Shown: in pieces, positions 12,007 to 23,101 of the stretch | Numbering within the stretch: the stretch's first letter is position 1 | How the letters are laid out: every line of letters starts with the position of its first letter | DNA from: an uncultured Chitinophagaceae bacterium | GTDB lineage: Bacteria > Bacteroidota > Bacteroidia > Chitinophagales > Chitinophagaceae | DNA length: 64,000 bases | Assembly (NCBI GenBank): GCA_963819045.1 | Contig: CAWFUV010000031.1 | Span: forward strand, 19,941-83,940 | Direction of reading: 5' to 3' | Program-made: the position numbers and the translations under genes | The notes under the pieces: model-generated | Seen by the model: the letters and a program-made list of their open reading frames with translations, nothing else | Database searches by the model: none | What the model was told of the DNA's origin: nothing

Positions 12007-12990
12007 ATGCAGTACAACACAGATAACAGGCGGCAACACTTATTTCTCCCTCCCTTCGTATTATGCACAATTGTTGCTGTCTTGTCTTGCCATACGGCAC
12101 ATAAGGATATGCTTACACAAGAAAAGGATACAAAGACGAATAGCGGGGCTTTGTCGAATGACAGCATTCTGGCCCCAGGGGCAAAGTTGCAGCTTATTTC
12201 AGACCAGTTCTCTTTTACCGAAGGTGCATCAGCAGATAAAGAAGGTAATGTATTCTTTACCGACCAGCCCAATAATAAAATATGGAAGTACAGTACCGAT
12301 GGAAAGCTTTCTGTTTTCATGGATAAAACAGGCCGGTCGAACGGGATGTACTTTGATAAAAATGACAACTTAGTTACCTGTGCTGATGAGCATGACCAAT
12401 TGTGGTCTATTGCAAAGGATGGTAAGGTAACTGTGTTGGTGACAGATTTTAAAGGACACAGACTTAATGGTCCAAACGATTTGTGGATAGATCCAAATGG
12501 TGGTATGTACTTAACCGATCCTTACTACCAGCGCGACTATTGGGATAGAACACAACCTGATCCGGGACTGGGCGGACAGTATGTTTACTATTTACATCCG
12601 GATAGCAAGACACTGTCTGTTACAGACAGCACCTTAAAACAGCCCAATGGCGTTGTAGGCACACCCGATGGCAAGCATTTATTTGTAGTAGATATTGGTG
12701 CACAATTGATATACAAATATGATATCAATAAAGATGGCACGTTAAGTAACCGCCAGTTGTTTGTAAAGCAACTGGCGGATGGGATAACCTTAGATAACAG
12801 GGGAAATCTCTACTGCGCCGGCAACGGTATTACTGTATTTAACAGAGAGGGTAAACAAATTGCTCATATTGACGTACCTGAAAAGTGGACTGCTAACCTT
12901 TGCTTTGGAGGTAAGAACAAGGATACTTTATTCATAACGGCATCCAAATCGTTGTATACCCTTCCTACGCTTGCAAAGGGTGTGGAGTAA
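12007..12990 (+). CDS. SMP-30/gluconolactonase family protein
   Basis: FTEG, SNG, PNDL, PNG, DG and TANLCFGG motifs. Confidence 0.9.
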   Translation: MQYNTDNRRQHLFLPPFVLCTIVAVLSCHTAHKDMLTQEKDTKTNSGALSNDSILAPGAKLQLISDQFSFTEGASADKEGNVFFTDQPNNKIWKYSTDGKLSVFMDKTGRSNGMYFDKNDNLVTCADEHDQLWSIAKDGKVTVLVTDFKGHRLNGPNDLWIDPNGGMYLTDPYYQRDYWDRTQPDPGLGGQYVYYLHPDSKTLSVTDSTLKQPNGVVGTPDGKHLFVVDIGAQLIYKYDINKDGTLSNRQLFVKQLADGITLDNRGNLYCAGNGITVFNREGKQIAHIDVPEKWTANLCFGGKNKDTLFITASKSLYTLPTLAKGVE

Positions 12991-13061
12991 TTGTTTACCG
13001 CTAAGGCACGAAGACGCAAAGAGATTTATTTTGATCTTTAAGAAGAAGGGTTTTATACAAG

Positions 13062-13100
13062 AAAAGGTTCTGGTTGTTTGAAAAGACCAGAACCTTTTTT
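13062..13100. terminator. Bidirectional terminator hairpin
   Basis: aaaaggttctgg...ccagaacctttttt. Confidence 0.75.
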
Positions 13101-13195
13101 ATTATACAAATCTCTTTGGTGCTATTGCAAGCGTGGGATAGATGTCTATAACCTGTCAGGTTCTTGAACCAAGCAGATTAGATTGTTATAGCAAT

Positions 13196-13232
13196 AAAAA
13201 AGGTTCCGGATTGTCAATCTTCCGGAACCTTT
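13196..13232. terminator. Bidirectional terminator hairpin
   Basis: aaaaaggttccgga...tccggaacctttt. Confidence 0.75.
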
Positions 13233-13308
13233 TACTTGTATTTTCTGTTCTTATTAGAATTACACTTTAATACAACTCTGCGTCTTTGCGACTTAGGGGT
13301 AAAAGCTA

Positions 13309-13677
13309 TTAGCTACCTTGTACATCACCGCTGATCTCCAGAATCACAGGCTGAGCGTACTTGGCGAACTTTACAGTTACCTTTTTCTCAAAATGACCTT
13401 CGTTGGCGGCATTGTAAGTTACTTTAATAGCGGACTCTTTTCCAGCCATGACAGGTGTTTTTGGATATTCAGGGGTAGTGCATCCGCACTCGGCAGTAGC
13501 TACCTCTATAATAAGGGGCTTACCAGTAGCGTTGGTAAACTTAAACTCGGTGGTTACCGGAACGTCCTTCTTTATTTTACCAAAAGAGTGCTTCAATTCC
13601 TGAAACTTTACAGGAGCATCCTGTGCAAAGGAAAGGGTAGCGCAAGCCATAAAAGCTATCAGCAATAGATATTTCAT
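13309..13677 (-). CDS. DUF1573 domain protein
   Basis: Signal peptide, HSFGKI and CGCTTP motifs. Confidence 0.85.
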   Translation of the reverse strand: MKYLLLIAFMACATLSFAQDAPVKFQELKHSFGKIKKDVPVTTEFKFTNATGKPLIIEVATAECGCTTPEYPKTPVMAGKESAIKVTYNAANEGHFEKKVTVKFAKYAQPVILEISGDVQGS

Positions 13678-13694
13678 AACTACAGTTTTAAAGA

Positions 13695-14171
13695 TTATTT
13701 ACTGCCGGATGGCTTTAACTGTCCTACTGCACCATTTGCGGGAGCAGCATTATCAGGTGTTTCAAATGTTTCACCATGGAACTTAATCTGCTTGCTCATG
13801 CCATTGGTTAAGAACACCGTTACGTACTTGGAGAATTGACCTTTGGTCATACCATTAAAACCAACCTTGATTTTAAATGTTTGCCCCGGAGCATAAGGAC
13901 CAGGTTCCCATTTTGGAGTGGTGCAACCACAACCAGCCTGTACGTTTAAGAGTTTTACACTGTCGCTGCTGAGGTTCTTAAGGGTTACTTCGTATTCAAC
14001 GGGTTTTCCGAAGGGTATTTTACCCAAGTCATGGTCTACATCTGATATCTCAACCACTTTAGCGAAATCCTGTTGCTGAGTTGCAGCAGAGTTGGTGGTA
14101 GCCGGTGCTGTTTGCGCATGAGCGAACGAAACAAGACCAAGCGCGCACACAGCAACAAAAATTTTTTTCAT
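13695..14171 (-). CDS. DUF1573 domain protein
   Basis: Signal peptide, HDLGKI and GCGCTTP motifs. Confidence 0.85.
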   Translation of the reverse strand: MKKIFVAVCALGLVSFAHAQTAPATTNSAATQQQDFAKVVEISDVDHDLGKIPFGKPVEYEVTLKNLSSDSVKLLNVQAGCGCTTPKWEPGPYAPGQTFKIKVGFNGMTKGQFSKYVTVFLTNGMSKQIKFHGETFETPDNAAPANGAVGQLKPSGSK

Positions 14172-14437
14172 ACTTCTAGATTTTGTAATGCAATATATTT
14201 CAAAATTGGGATGCGTGAAACTATTGCGGTGTAAGAATTTTGATTTACTAACAAATTTTTAGGCATTTGAGACAAGGATAGAGGGCTAAAGGTTTAATGG
14301 AAGCAGGAATTTTATGTACGATGTGAGGGTGTTTCTCATGAATTGCCCAGATGAGTACAAATGAAATGAGTTACCAGTTACTGGTTTCCAGATACCGGTA
14401 TGTATAACTTTAAAAAGGGAGTATACAGGACGGTACT

Positions 14438-14536
14438 TAGGAGTACAGTAGGAGAAGATATGGAGAAGATCAGGTATAACTTAGGTATATGTTAGGTATA
14501 ACTTAAGTATAACTTAGGTATAACCCGGTATTATCC
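14438..14536 (+). repeat. 11-bp-periodic mini-array (type D grading into A)
   Basis: ggagaagatat units followed by ttaggtataac units in the same phase. Confidence 0.85.
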
Positions 14537-14968
14537 AGTAGTGGGAATAGACGCATCTCCTAATTTTTATCGTGTGCTTGACAGTTTAATAAGGTGGGTT
14601 ATATTGAATAGCCGAACTTAAAAAGTTAATAAATAAAAGCAGCAGGTAATGTTACCTCCTTTATAGAGCCAGCGGAATATAGATTTTACAGGTACTCTGT
14701 AGCATTATAGTCTGCTAGCAGTGGAATAACTCATCTGATGGCAGAAGTGCACCTGGAGTAACCACCGCAATGTCCCATGGCTCACGCAGCACATGGAGCT
14801 TTTGATGGAGACCTTGCGGAGAAGAGAGGAAGATAGGAAGGAGCGGCTGCTTTGGATTACTTGTCTTATTTAGCACATGCTATTCTGTATATCTTTGGTT
14901 TTAATTTGAGCTAACAGATTCAACAATGAAGTCGGCTGAAATTGCTTCCATAAAACTTTAAAGACAGA

Positions 14969-15361
14969 ATGAATTCTAAAATAATTATGACAGCAAGTGC
15001 TATAATACTTGCTATAATCGGACTAACTCTTATTTTTCTTACAGATGAACTATTGGTTTACCTTAATATCAGCGCCTCAAATACTTTGCAGTTATTCATT
15101 CAGATCCTGGGGGCTCTATATTTTGCATTTGCACTGCTGAACTGGATGGCTAAAGGAAGTATTATAGGTGGTATTTACAACAGACCTATAGCAATAGCCA
15201 ACTTTGCACATTTCTTTATTGGCGGAATCACCCTGATAAAAGGACTAATGAAAAATACAAGTCTGCCTGCTGTTATTTGGGTATTAGCCAGTATATATTT
15301 AGTGTTTATGATACTGTTTGGAATGATATTCATGCGCAATCCGGCGGAGATAAAGCGCTAA
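14969..15361 (+). CDS. Hypothetical 4-TM membrane protein
   Basis: Four hydrophobic segments, IGGIYNRP motif. Confidence 0.7.
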   Translation: MNSKIIMTASAIILAIIGLTLIFLTDELLVYLNISASNTLQLFIQILGALYFAFALLNWMAKGSIIGGIYNRPIAIANFAHFFIGGITLIKGLMKNTSLPAVIWVLASIYLVFMILFGMIFMRNPAEIKR

Positions 15362-15596
15362 GGCTGTGTAAGTTGATACACTGCGTGTATACATGGAGGA
15401 TGACTAAAAAGATGCTCTACTATTTTCATTAGGATGGCACCGCATCATACAGGTTTGGAAAAAAAGTAGTTGATATACTATCTTGTGACTGTAAACCATT
15501 ATTCAACGGAGTTGCCTAAAAGAAGTGAAAGACCTACTGCATAAAGCTGTTCTATGTTATAGCAACTTGTAAAACGCCTGAAACCAATAACCTAAT

Positions 15597-16139
15597 ATGG
15601 GACTATCCGACATTAAGAAGGAGCTTAAAAAACTTGAAAAGGATACACTTATTGACCTGATAGCTGATTTATATAAAAAGAATAAAGCAGTTAAGGAGTT
15701 ATTTGACTATTATTTAAACCCCAATGAGCAGGAACTGTTTGAAAAGTACCGGACGAAAGTATATGAAGCATTTTACCCTAAACGAGGCTTCGGATTTAAT
15801 CTTAAAGAAGGGAAAGCAGCAATCAGCGACTTTAAAAAGTTTGGACCTTCGCCCAAACGGGTGGCTGACCTGATGCTGGTTTATGTGGAGTCAGGTGTAC
15901 AATTCACTAAAGACTATGGCGACATTGACGAAAACTTTTATAATAGTTTAGAGTCAACCTATGATGCTGCGCTGACACTTATTAAAAAAGAGAACCTGCT
16001 TGGAAAGTTTATGTACCGGGCTGGTGAAATTGTCAGGAAAACAGAAGGTATGGGCTGGGGGTTTCCCTACGCTCTATCGGATACTTATTCTGAATTTTAT
16101 GCAGATTATTCGGGGGGGATGGACGACGAAGAGGAATGA
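15597..16139 (+). CDS. DUF6155-like hypothetical protein
   Basis: LIADLYKK, AISDFKK and FTKDYGDIDENFY motifs. Confidence 0.65.
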   Translation: MGLSDIKKELKKLEKDTLIDLIADLYKKNKAVKELFDYYLNPNEQELFEKYRTKVYEAFYPKRGFGFNLKEGKAAISDFKKFGPSPKRVADLMLVYVESGVQFTKDYGDIDENFYNSLESTYDAALTLIKKENLLGKFMYRAGEIVRKTEGMGWGFPYALSDTYSEFYADYSGGMDDEEE

Positions 16140-16250
16140 TAGCAAATAAACCACTGTCAGTTATCAATGTCGAGCAGGAATAATCTGGGTCATGAGATGT
16201 TACTTCAGCAAGCAACTGAACGTAAGTTGTTATTTTAAAGGAAGAGCATT

Positions 16251-16811
16251 ATGATAACTTTTACTACAGCATACACAGAGGAAGATTTAATCGGTATTCT
16301 CCATTTACAAAGAGCTAACCTCTCCATAAACTTATCTGTAAACGAAATTGCAAGCCAGGGTTTTGTAACAGTAACACATACCTATGAACAACTTTCAAAA
16401 CTCAATGACCGAGAAAAACACATTACTGCAAAAAACAATGATAGCGTAATTGGTTATTTGCTGGCTATGACACAACAATCACGGTACGATTTTCCGATCT
16501 TAATTCCAATGTTTGAAGTGTTTGATAAAACACTTTATAAAAACAAAACCATTAAAGACTACAACTATATTGTTGTGGGACAGGTTTGTATAGACAAGTC
16601 ATTCAGAGGGCAGGGTATTCTTGATAAATGCTACGATACTTACAAAAGTTTTTATGGCAGCAAATACGATTTCGCTATTACCGAAATAGCAAAAACAAAT
16701 AACCGCTCTCTTAATGCACATAAACGAATAGGCTTTAAAGAAATCAAAACATACACATCCAACAACATAGATTGGATAATAGTTGTTTGGGACTGGCAAA
16801 ACTGTTCCTAA
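16251..16811 (+). CDS. GNAT family acetyltransferase
   Basis: QVCIDKSFRGQG motif A and NNRSLNAHKRIGF motif B. Confidence 0.85.
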   Translation: MITFTTAYTEEDLIGILHLQRANLSINLSVNEIASQGFVTVTHTYEQLSKLNDREKHITAKNNDSVIGYLLAMTQQSRYDFPILIPMFEVFDKTLYKNKTIKDYNYIVVGQVCIDKSFRGQGILDKCYDTYKSFYGSKYDFAITEIAKTNNRSLNAHKRIGFKEIKTYTSNNIDWIIVVWDWQNCS

Positions 16812-16971
16812 CACAGGTGTATGATGGATAATTATTTCTTTTTGATAAATAATCTTTTATATAGCAAATGTAAAACGGCTTTGCATTTAGCTCATCATAG
16901 CAGCTTGTAAGACTACAGTGGAAGTAAAAGGGAGTTGAGGCAGTAAAGAATGTTGCTGTACTTATAAAAGA

Positions 16972-17011
16972 CATTGCAGCAGTTGATGTACAATACGATC
17001 AACTGCTGCAA
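16972..17011. terminator. Hairpin between convergent genes
   Basis: attgcagcagttgat / atcaactgctgcaat inverted repeat. Confidence 0.7.
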
Positions 17012-17130
17012 TGTTTTTTAGCTACTGTATGTAGATGTTATTTGATAATTGCAGGGAATGAAACCAGAAAGCTATTATAAGCCATGAGCGATGAGCCAAA
17101 TACATAATTGGGCTAACCGATTAAATATTA

Positions 17131-17625
17131 TCAATAGCTTTTATTATAATTGCCAACTTCTTCCAACGCATCATCTTCTACTCTGGCGATAATTAGCTTT
17201 TTATCGTCTTCCAGATTGACAACCCAGATATCCCGATTGTCTTCTTTTACATTGATTGCCTGCTTAATATCATAGTCCACATAATTGGATTTTATTAGCC
17301 TCCGGATGTCTTTGGGCAGATTGGTTTCATGCCCATAACCGATCTGGTAAATGAGAGCACCATTCTTTTTGAATAAAGCTCTGTTGTTCATATCTCCCGT
17401 AATGAACTCTACAAGATAATCTTTATTAAGCCTGTACCAGGTTGGGCTGACTGCATCTTTGAAATAAGTCTGAAATGCATTAGAAACCTTTTGGCTTACA
17501 TTAGCTGAAGAAGTTACAGTAACATCAGGTAGTGTTTTAATACCATTTTGCTGAGCCTGCACATTGCCTGCAAATAGCAGCAGGAATAAACCACCACATA
17601 GTCCAAAAAATGATAACCGTTTCAT
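17131..17625 (-). CDS. Hypothetical secreted protein (PepSY-like)
   Basis: Signal peptide; LPDVTVT and LPKDIRRLIKSNY patterns. Confidence 0.7.
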   Translation of the reverse strand: MKRLSFFGLCGGLFLLLFAGNVQAQQNGIKTLPDVTVTSSANVSQKVSNAFQTYFKDAVSPTWYRLNKDYLVEFITGDMNNRALFKKNGALIYQIGYGHETNLPKDIRRLIKSNYVDYDIKQAINVKEDNRDIWVVNLEDDKKLIIARVEDDALEEVGNYNKSY

Positions 17626-18336
17626 GGTTTTTAGTTTAAAAGGTGAATAAAGGAACTTGCTATACCATTGTTGTTACTGTTGAACATGAAATAACAGCTA
17701 TAAGAGATGATAAGTACTTGCGAGACCGGCAAGGAGATAAACTGTAATTAGGGCATAAGGGAAGTTCTTGACGCACCTGTGATCCAGGTGCATCTAATAG
17801 TTCCTCCAGTTCTGTTTTCTGCTGGTTGTTGTAATATGCTTGTTTATGACAGTAGCCTTTGTACTAATCATTATGCCTGAGATCTAACGTAACTTTTGTC
17901 ATTTCAAACAAGTCTTTACCGCAGGAACGAACGACTGCTTGCTAAAAACGGTTCATTTCATTATGGCTTATTTAAGCACTTGCCACTTTGTACATAACTG
18001 CTCTTCTTGCCGGCTTTGAAGAGCAACTATGCTATATACTCTGCTCTTTCATTAATCTATGCGAAAATTACATTGCCTTTTGTGCAACGACTATATAATA
18101 AATACTAAAGAGCAGAATAATTGTGTAGGTGGTAAATTGGGTAGATATGTGGTTGTACGGATAAGCTGTGAGCTTTGAGCCATGAGCTGCGAGAAGAAAT
18201 AGTGTGCTACCCGATTGGAAAATGATGATGAAAAAGACCAGCACAGGCATAAAAAATTGAGAGGCAACTTATTACAGACATTTGTGGATGAATATTTTTG
18301 TAAAATGAAATAGTAAAGTTTAAAAACTCAACCATT

Positions 18337-18780
18337 ATGAAAGAGTTCTTCAAAGAATTGTTTGAATATACCCATCAGTGCAATACAGCATTGATTGACG
18401 CTTTCCATGAACACCCGGGTAAGCTTTCGGAAAAGTCAGTACAGTTGTTGAACCATATTCTAAGTGTTCATCACATTTGGAATAGCAGAATTACAGCAGC
18501 ACATAGCGAGTTTAAGCCCTGGGATATCCACTCTCCTACTACATATACGGATATTGATAACGACAATTTTGATTCATCTATCGGGATTATTGATTCGTTT
18601 GATTTAGATACATCCATCCGATACGCCAATTTCAAAGGGCAACCATTTGAGAATACGGTGAAGGATATTTTATTTCATATCATTAACCACTCTACCTATC
18701 ACAGGGGGCAGATCGCAATGGAATTCAGGAATAGCAATATAGAGCCTTTACTAACGGAATATATTTTTTATAAAAGGTAG
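18337..18780 (+). CDS. DinB family protein
   Basis: NHILSVHHIW and HIINHSTYHRGQ motifs. Confidence 0.9.
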   Translation: MKEFFKELFEYTHQCNTALIDAFHEHPGKLSEKSVQLLNHILSVHHIWNSRITAAHSEFKPWDIHSPTTYTDIDNDNFDSSIGIIDSFDLDTSIRYANFKGQPFENTVKDILFHIINHSTYHRGQIAMEFRNSNIEPLLTEYIFYKR

Positions 18781-18937
18781 AGTGTATAAGCTGCAAGCCT
18801 AAAGTGACAAGCTGTAAGTAAAATACTGTGAGCTTTGAGTGCGAACTTAAAGCATATTCAGATAGGTAGCCAGCTTGCAGAGAAGCTTCCAGCCACCAAA
18901 GGTGAGTAAGGCGGGTATGGCGTATCCTGGATGGACA

Positions 18938-19014
18938 TTGGGAGTTCATTAGGAGGAAATAGGGAGGAAATTAGGTATAACTTAAGTATAAGTTAGGTAT
19001 AAGTTAAGTATAAC
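18938..19014 (+). repeat. 11-bp-periodic mini-array (type D/A)
   Basis: aggaggaaat units then ttaggtataac|ttaagtataag|ttaggtataag|ttaagtataac. Confidence 0.85.
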
Positions 19015-19131
19015 TCTGCCATTTCTAAGCTCGGGAAGGGGAGTTTAGATGGTATAAGGGATGTGCCCGTACCGTCGCATTAGCAATTGGGTTCATTTAA
19101 TATTCTCTTACAAAACATACGAGCATGGGAA

Positions 19132-19173
19132 AGAGTGAACACTATTGTCATATTTGATAATAGTGTTCACTCT
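19132..19173 (-). terminator. Hairpin downstream of methyltransferase
   Basis: agagtgaacactatt / aatagtgttcactct. Confidence 0.65.
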
Positions 19174-19191
19174 CCCTATACTCCCACCTAT

Positions 19192-20004
19192 TCAACGCAT
19201 AACCGTAACCCGCAGGTAAGTGGCAGGAATAGATGTGGTATTCTCTGATGTGCTCTTGTTCTGACTGTTAAACAATACTTCTAACTCATGCTGCAGATTG
19301 GCAGCCTTGCCGTTCTTGCCGACTGCTTCAAATGCATTCATGGTTGGTCCATAAAAGTTTTTGAATACAGAAACAAATTCAGAAGGTGAGTAAGGAGCAT
19401 TAAATGTGTAAGTATCCCGGGTGAAGGATATATTTTCTTTAGGAATGCCAGCATTACCAAAACGCTCAATTACATTGTTCTCGATACCCCAAGTCATTGG
19501 ACTGATAAAGCCTTCCGGTGGCGGTGGCGTGTAGGCAGAACTTATTTTTAATATTTGCGCTACAAGGGTTGGATCGCCCGGTATCCAATTGCCCATGACT
19601 ATGCGTCCACCCGGGCGGGTAACACGTACCATTTCCCTGGCTACATCAAACGGCTTTGGTGCAAACATGGCACCGAAGATGCTCACAACAAGATCAAATG
19701 ATTCATCTTTCAGTTCCTGCAAATCAGTTGCATCCCCTACCTGGAATGTACAGTTTGTAAGTCCTTCCTCTTTTGCGCGGACGTTTCCGGCCTCTACAAG
19801 GTTTCCCGCAATATCCACCGCTAAAACATTGGCTCCAAGCTTTGCTTCGGGTATGGCAGTGGTGCCATCACCGGAACCAAGATCGAGCACATCAAGACCT
19901 TTAGTGATATCCAGATTTGCTACTAACGCTTCACCGCTTTCACGCATAGTTTCGGCGATGCGGGTGAAATCGCCTTTTTCCCATAATACTTTGTTAGGAT
20001 TCAT
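19192..20004 (-). CDS. Class I SAM-dependent methyltransferase
   Basis: VLDLGSGDG, FDLVVSIFGAMF and RPGG motifs. Confidence 0.9.
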   Translation of the reverse strand: MNPNKVLWEKGDFTRIAETMRESGEALVANLDITKGLDVLDLGSGDGTTAIPEAKLGANVLAVDIAGNLVEAGNVRAKEEGLTNCTFQVGDATDLQELKDESFDLVVSIFGAMFAPKPFDVAREMVRVTRPGGRIVMGNWIPGDPTLVAQILKISSAYTPPPPEGFISPMTWGIENNVIERFGNAGIPKENISFTRDTYTFNAPYSPSEFVSVFKNFYGPTMNAFEAVGKNGKAANLQHELEVLFNSQNKSTSENTTSIPATYLRVTVMR

Positions 20005-20273
20005 GTTTATTGATTTATATAGTTAAAATAAAAGTTCCGGCAAAAAGCTGACTGACCTTGCAAGTGTTTTGTGTTCATAGCAAGGTATTCAGTAGTCGAT
20101 TATTTACGAATGCAAAACTATAGCTAGACTGAAGGGAGGGCTTTGCTGTAGAGTCCTAAGATTTGACTGTAAAGTTCAAACTTTTACTTTTTGCTTTATG
20201 GCTGAAGGTGTCATACCAAAATAACTACGGAAAGCACGGCTGAAATGGCATTATTTTCAAAGCCACTTTCAAT

Positions 20274-21113
20274 TTATTTGTGCTGCCCGCTACCTAGCCA
20301 TAATAATCCATTTATGATTAACTTATTCTGTGCAGCACTGCTAAATGTAGAAGAAAGTTGTTGATTAGTGTGATGCTCATAATCCATATCATTATGCCCC
20401 ATATTAAGGTATAGCATCTTATATTTGGTATTGGTCCATACAACAGGGTAGTAACCACTGTGCCATATCTCATTGGGTTTTGGCCCGGTACCTAAGGGGA
20501 AACTGGAGGTATCAATTGAGGCAAGTATTTTTATATCAGGATCAGTACGTAAATCATTTTGCCAGCTATACCACTCATTAGGTGCGGTGGTGAATGTTTT
20601 AGCCAGGTGCCGGGTTGCAGGATGGGTATTGTCTTCCACCCTTAGTATAGCCTGAGTAGGTCGCCATGTATTACTCTTGTACTCCCCTGCTCCCAGGAAT
20701 GTATCGTGATACCAATCCCAATTCTGCGGGTATGCTGAAGGGGTAAGAGCAAATGCTGAAAAATGGAAGCCCATCCATGCACCACCTCCTTCCATATATT
20801 TTTCGAAAGCTATTCTTTGTGGTAAAGAATCAGGACGTGTATCTAAAAAGATAACTACCTGGTATTGCTTTAGAAAAGAATCATTCAAATTATTCCAGTT
20901 GTTGGTAGAGTCGTAAGTAAAATGATATTTCGCTGCCATCTTAGGAAACCATTGATTGGCTTCGTGTACAAAGCTGATGTGCGCCAGGTCTTGTTTGGCA
21001 GTGTAAAAAGCAATGACTTTAAACTTGTTTGCAGGCTGCTTTTGCGCAGCGGCAGAAAAGAGCACAGCGCAGCAAATGCTAAGTAAAATTGTCTTAATGG
21101 TACTATCTCTCAT
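20274..21113 (-). CDS. ThuA domain protein
   Basis: GGGAWMGFH, NEWY and MGHN motifs; signal peptide. Confidence 0.85.
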   Translation of the reverse strand: MRDSTIKTILLSICCAVLFSAAAQKQPANKFKVIAFYTAKQDLAHISFVHEANQWFPKMAAKYHFTYDSTNNWNNLNDSFLKQYQVVIFLDTRPDSLPQRIAFEKYMEGGGAWMGFHFSAFALTPSAYPQNWDWYHDTFLGAGEYKSNTWRPTQAILRVEDNTHPATRHLAKTFTTAPNEWYSWQNDLRTDPDIKILASIDTSSFPLGTGPKPNEIWHSGYYPVVWTNTKYKMLYLNMGHNDMDYEHHTNQQLSSTFSSAAQNKLIINGLLWLGSGQHK

Positions 21114-21190
21114 TGGAGTTAGAAGTAAATTATGGGATCTTATAAATTAGAATAGTAGATTAAACTTGTATAGCACGCTCCAATCTTTTC

Positions 21191-21622
21191 TTACCACTCC
21201 GGCAGTTCCGTCAGCTCCTTCACTCCCCCACCCTCTACCTGCCACCCCCAGGTATAGCTGCCATTTGTAATGATTAGATAGGCACAAGAAAATGCCATAT
21301 TGTATCGCACTATCTGCATCAACACTTGCTCACTCAAGGGCACGCTCATTTCCTTACACTCTATGATCATCCACGGCTGCGCCTCTTTATATACCACGAT
21401 GTCGCAGCGTTTCCGCAGTTCGCCCAGTTGTATTTCTTTCTCTACAGCTAGTAATGGAGCCGGGTATTTTTTTACCTGCAGTAAATACTGCATCATGTTT
21501 TGCCGCACCCACTCTTCCGGTGTAAGGCGCACCCATTTTTTTCGTACAGGATCAAAAATATACTCCTTCCCTTCCTGCAGTTGAATGTTATAATCGTATG
21601 AAGGAAATTGGATAGCCTGCAT
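21191..21622 (-). CDS. Stand-alone HsdR N-terminal-like domain protein
   Basis: IFDPVRKK...TPEEWVRQ, RCDIV, IECK and TNG motifs. Confidence 0.85.
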   Translation of the reverse strand: MQAIQFPSYDYNIQLQEGKEYIFDPVRKKWVRLTPEEWVRQNMMQYLLQVKKYPAPLLAVEKEIQLGELRKRCDIVVYKEAQPWMIIECKEMSVPLSEQVLMQIVRYNMAFSCAYLIITNGSYTWGWQVEGGGVKELTELPEW

Positions 21623-21679
21623 GAGAACAAAGCTAAACTTTGAGAGGCAGTATATTTGCAGAATTTATTTTGAGGTGAT

Positions 21680-21704
21680 ACCGCAAAGACGCGAAGACGC
21701 AAAG
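21680..21704 (+). repeat. 8-bp-periodic REP-like repeat
   Basis: accgcaaag acgcgaag acgcaaag. Confidence 0.75.
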
Positions 21705-21855
21705 GTATTTTACAAATAATACTAATTTCAATCAGGCAACAAGCCTTCCCAGCTCAAGGCTCATAGCTCGCAGCTTTTTACTTGTAGCGTAAGGCTTGTA
21801 GCTTATACCATGTATTACTTAGTGCCTTAGCGCTTTCGTGGCAAAAAAAGAAAAG

Positions 21856-22629
21856 ATGAAAACAAAAGAAGAAATAGTACACAACTGGTTACCCCGATAT
21901 ACCGGGCAACCATTAGAACATTTTGGGGAATACATTTTACTAACCAATTTTAGCAACTACATTCAAATGTTTGCAGAATGGAATGAGGTAGAGGTAAAAG
22001 GCAAAGACCGTCCCTATCAGTCTGCCACGGCAGGCGGCATTACCATCATCAATTTCGGGATGGGTAGTGCCGGTGCTGCTACTATTATGGATTTACTATC
22101 TGCAATTAACCCTAAAGCTGTATTGTTCTTAGGTAAATGTGGCGGACTGAAGAAGCGCAATAAATTGGGGGATCTTATTTTACCTATTGCCGCTATCCGT
22201 GGTGAAGGTACCAGCAATGATTACTTCCCACCCGAAGTTCCGGCACTGCCTGCCTTTGCTCTGCAAAAAGCCATTTCTACCACCATCCGCGAATATGAGG
22301 TGGACTATTGGACAGGTACGGTATATACTACCAACCGCCGTATTTGGGAGCATGATGATAAGTTTAAAAATTATCTCCGTAGCGTCCGTGCATATGCAAT
22401 TGATATGGAAACAGCTACCATTTTTACCGTTGGTTTCTACAATAAAATACCTACTGGGGCACTCCTGCTGGTAAGCGACCAGCCGATGGAACCCGAAGGT
22501 GTGAAAACGGAGGAAAGCGATAAGATGATTACCGCCTACTATGTAGAACGGCATTTAAAAATTGGTATTGATTCACTTAAGCAGCTTATCAATAACCGGC
22601 TTACAGTAAGGCATTTGAAGTTTGAGTAA
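21856..22629 (+). CDS. amn: AMP nucleosidase
   Basis: MKTKEEIVHNWLPRYTG, FLGKCGGL and DMETAT motifs. Confidence 0.9.
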   Translation: MKTKEEIVHNWLPRYTGQPLEHFGEYILLTNFSNYIQMFAEWNEVEVKGKDRPYQSATAGGITIINFGMGSAGAATIMDLLSAINPKAVLFLGKCGGLKKRNKLGDLILPIAAIRGEGTSNDYFPPEVPALPAFALQKAISTTIREYEVDYWTGTVYTTNRRIWEHDDKFKNYLRSVRAYAIDMETATIFTVGFYNKIPTGALLLVSDQPMEPEGVKTEESDKMITAYYVERHLKIGIDSLKQLINNRLTVRHLKFE

Positions 22630-22849
22630 GAGTAATAAGATAGCGCCCCGCAGCAAAATTGCAGGGCACTCTCAGTATGTGGAAATTGGGCGGCAGTTCC
22701 ATCAAGATATACTCACCTCGAAACAGACCACCTATAAAGAGAGTTTCCTTTGCCTTGTATCTGTTATTCCTTTGATAACTAATCCTTAACAGTTGTCCTC
22801 TTTCTTCTTGGTATGGTTTTTTCAATCTACTTTATATAAACTATTTATT

Positions 22850-23101
22850 ATGCCTGCACAAGATCCTAATAATAAAAATAGCGTCGTTAATGGTGTAAAT
22901 GAAAACAGCTACGACGAAGACAATAAAGTAACTAATACCGACAATCCCGTACGTGAGGGTCAGGAAAACAGTTCTATCTTGTCAGACGAAGCTCCTGTAG
23001 GGGATGCTCAATTTACTAAGCTGACAGAATATGATGATCATCCGCGCGAGCAGCAAGAGTTTGTAGATGATGATAAAGTAAACTATAAACCGGAAGATTA
23101 A
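22850..23101 (+). CDS. Small acidic hypothetical protein
   Basis: ATG after an AT-rich leader; D/E/N-rich. Confidence 0.5.
   Translation: MPAQDPNNKNSVVNGVNENSYDEDNKVTNTDNPVREGQENSSILSDEAPVGDAQFTKLTEYDDHPREQQEFVDDDKVNYKPED

Larger units (their letters stand above)
12995..13302. repeat. Inverted pair of 8-bp-periodic REP-like repeats (12995-13021 and 13276-13302) enclosing two terminator hairpins
   Basis: ttaccgctaaggcacgaagacgcaaag vs reverse complement ttacccctaagtcgcaaagacgcagag. Confidence 0.8.

Noticed and set aside
14438-19014. 11-bp arrays as CRISPR
   Set aside because: Units are too short, have no unique spacers, and no cas genes are in the window.
21191-21622. Type I restriction-modification system
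   Set aside because: Only the small stand-alone HsdR_N-like domain is present; no hsdM, hsdS or helicase.
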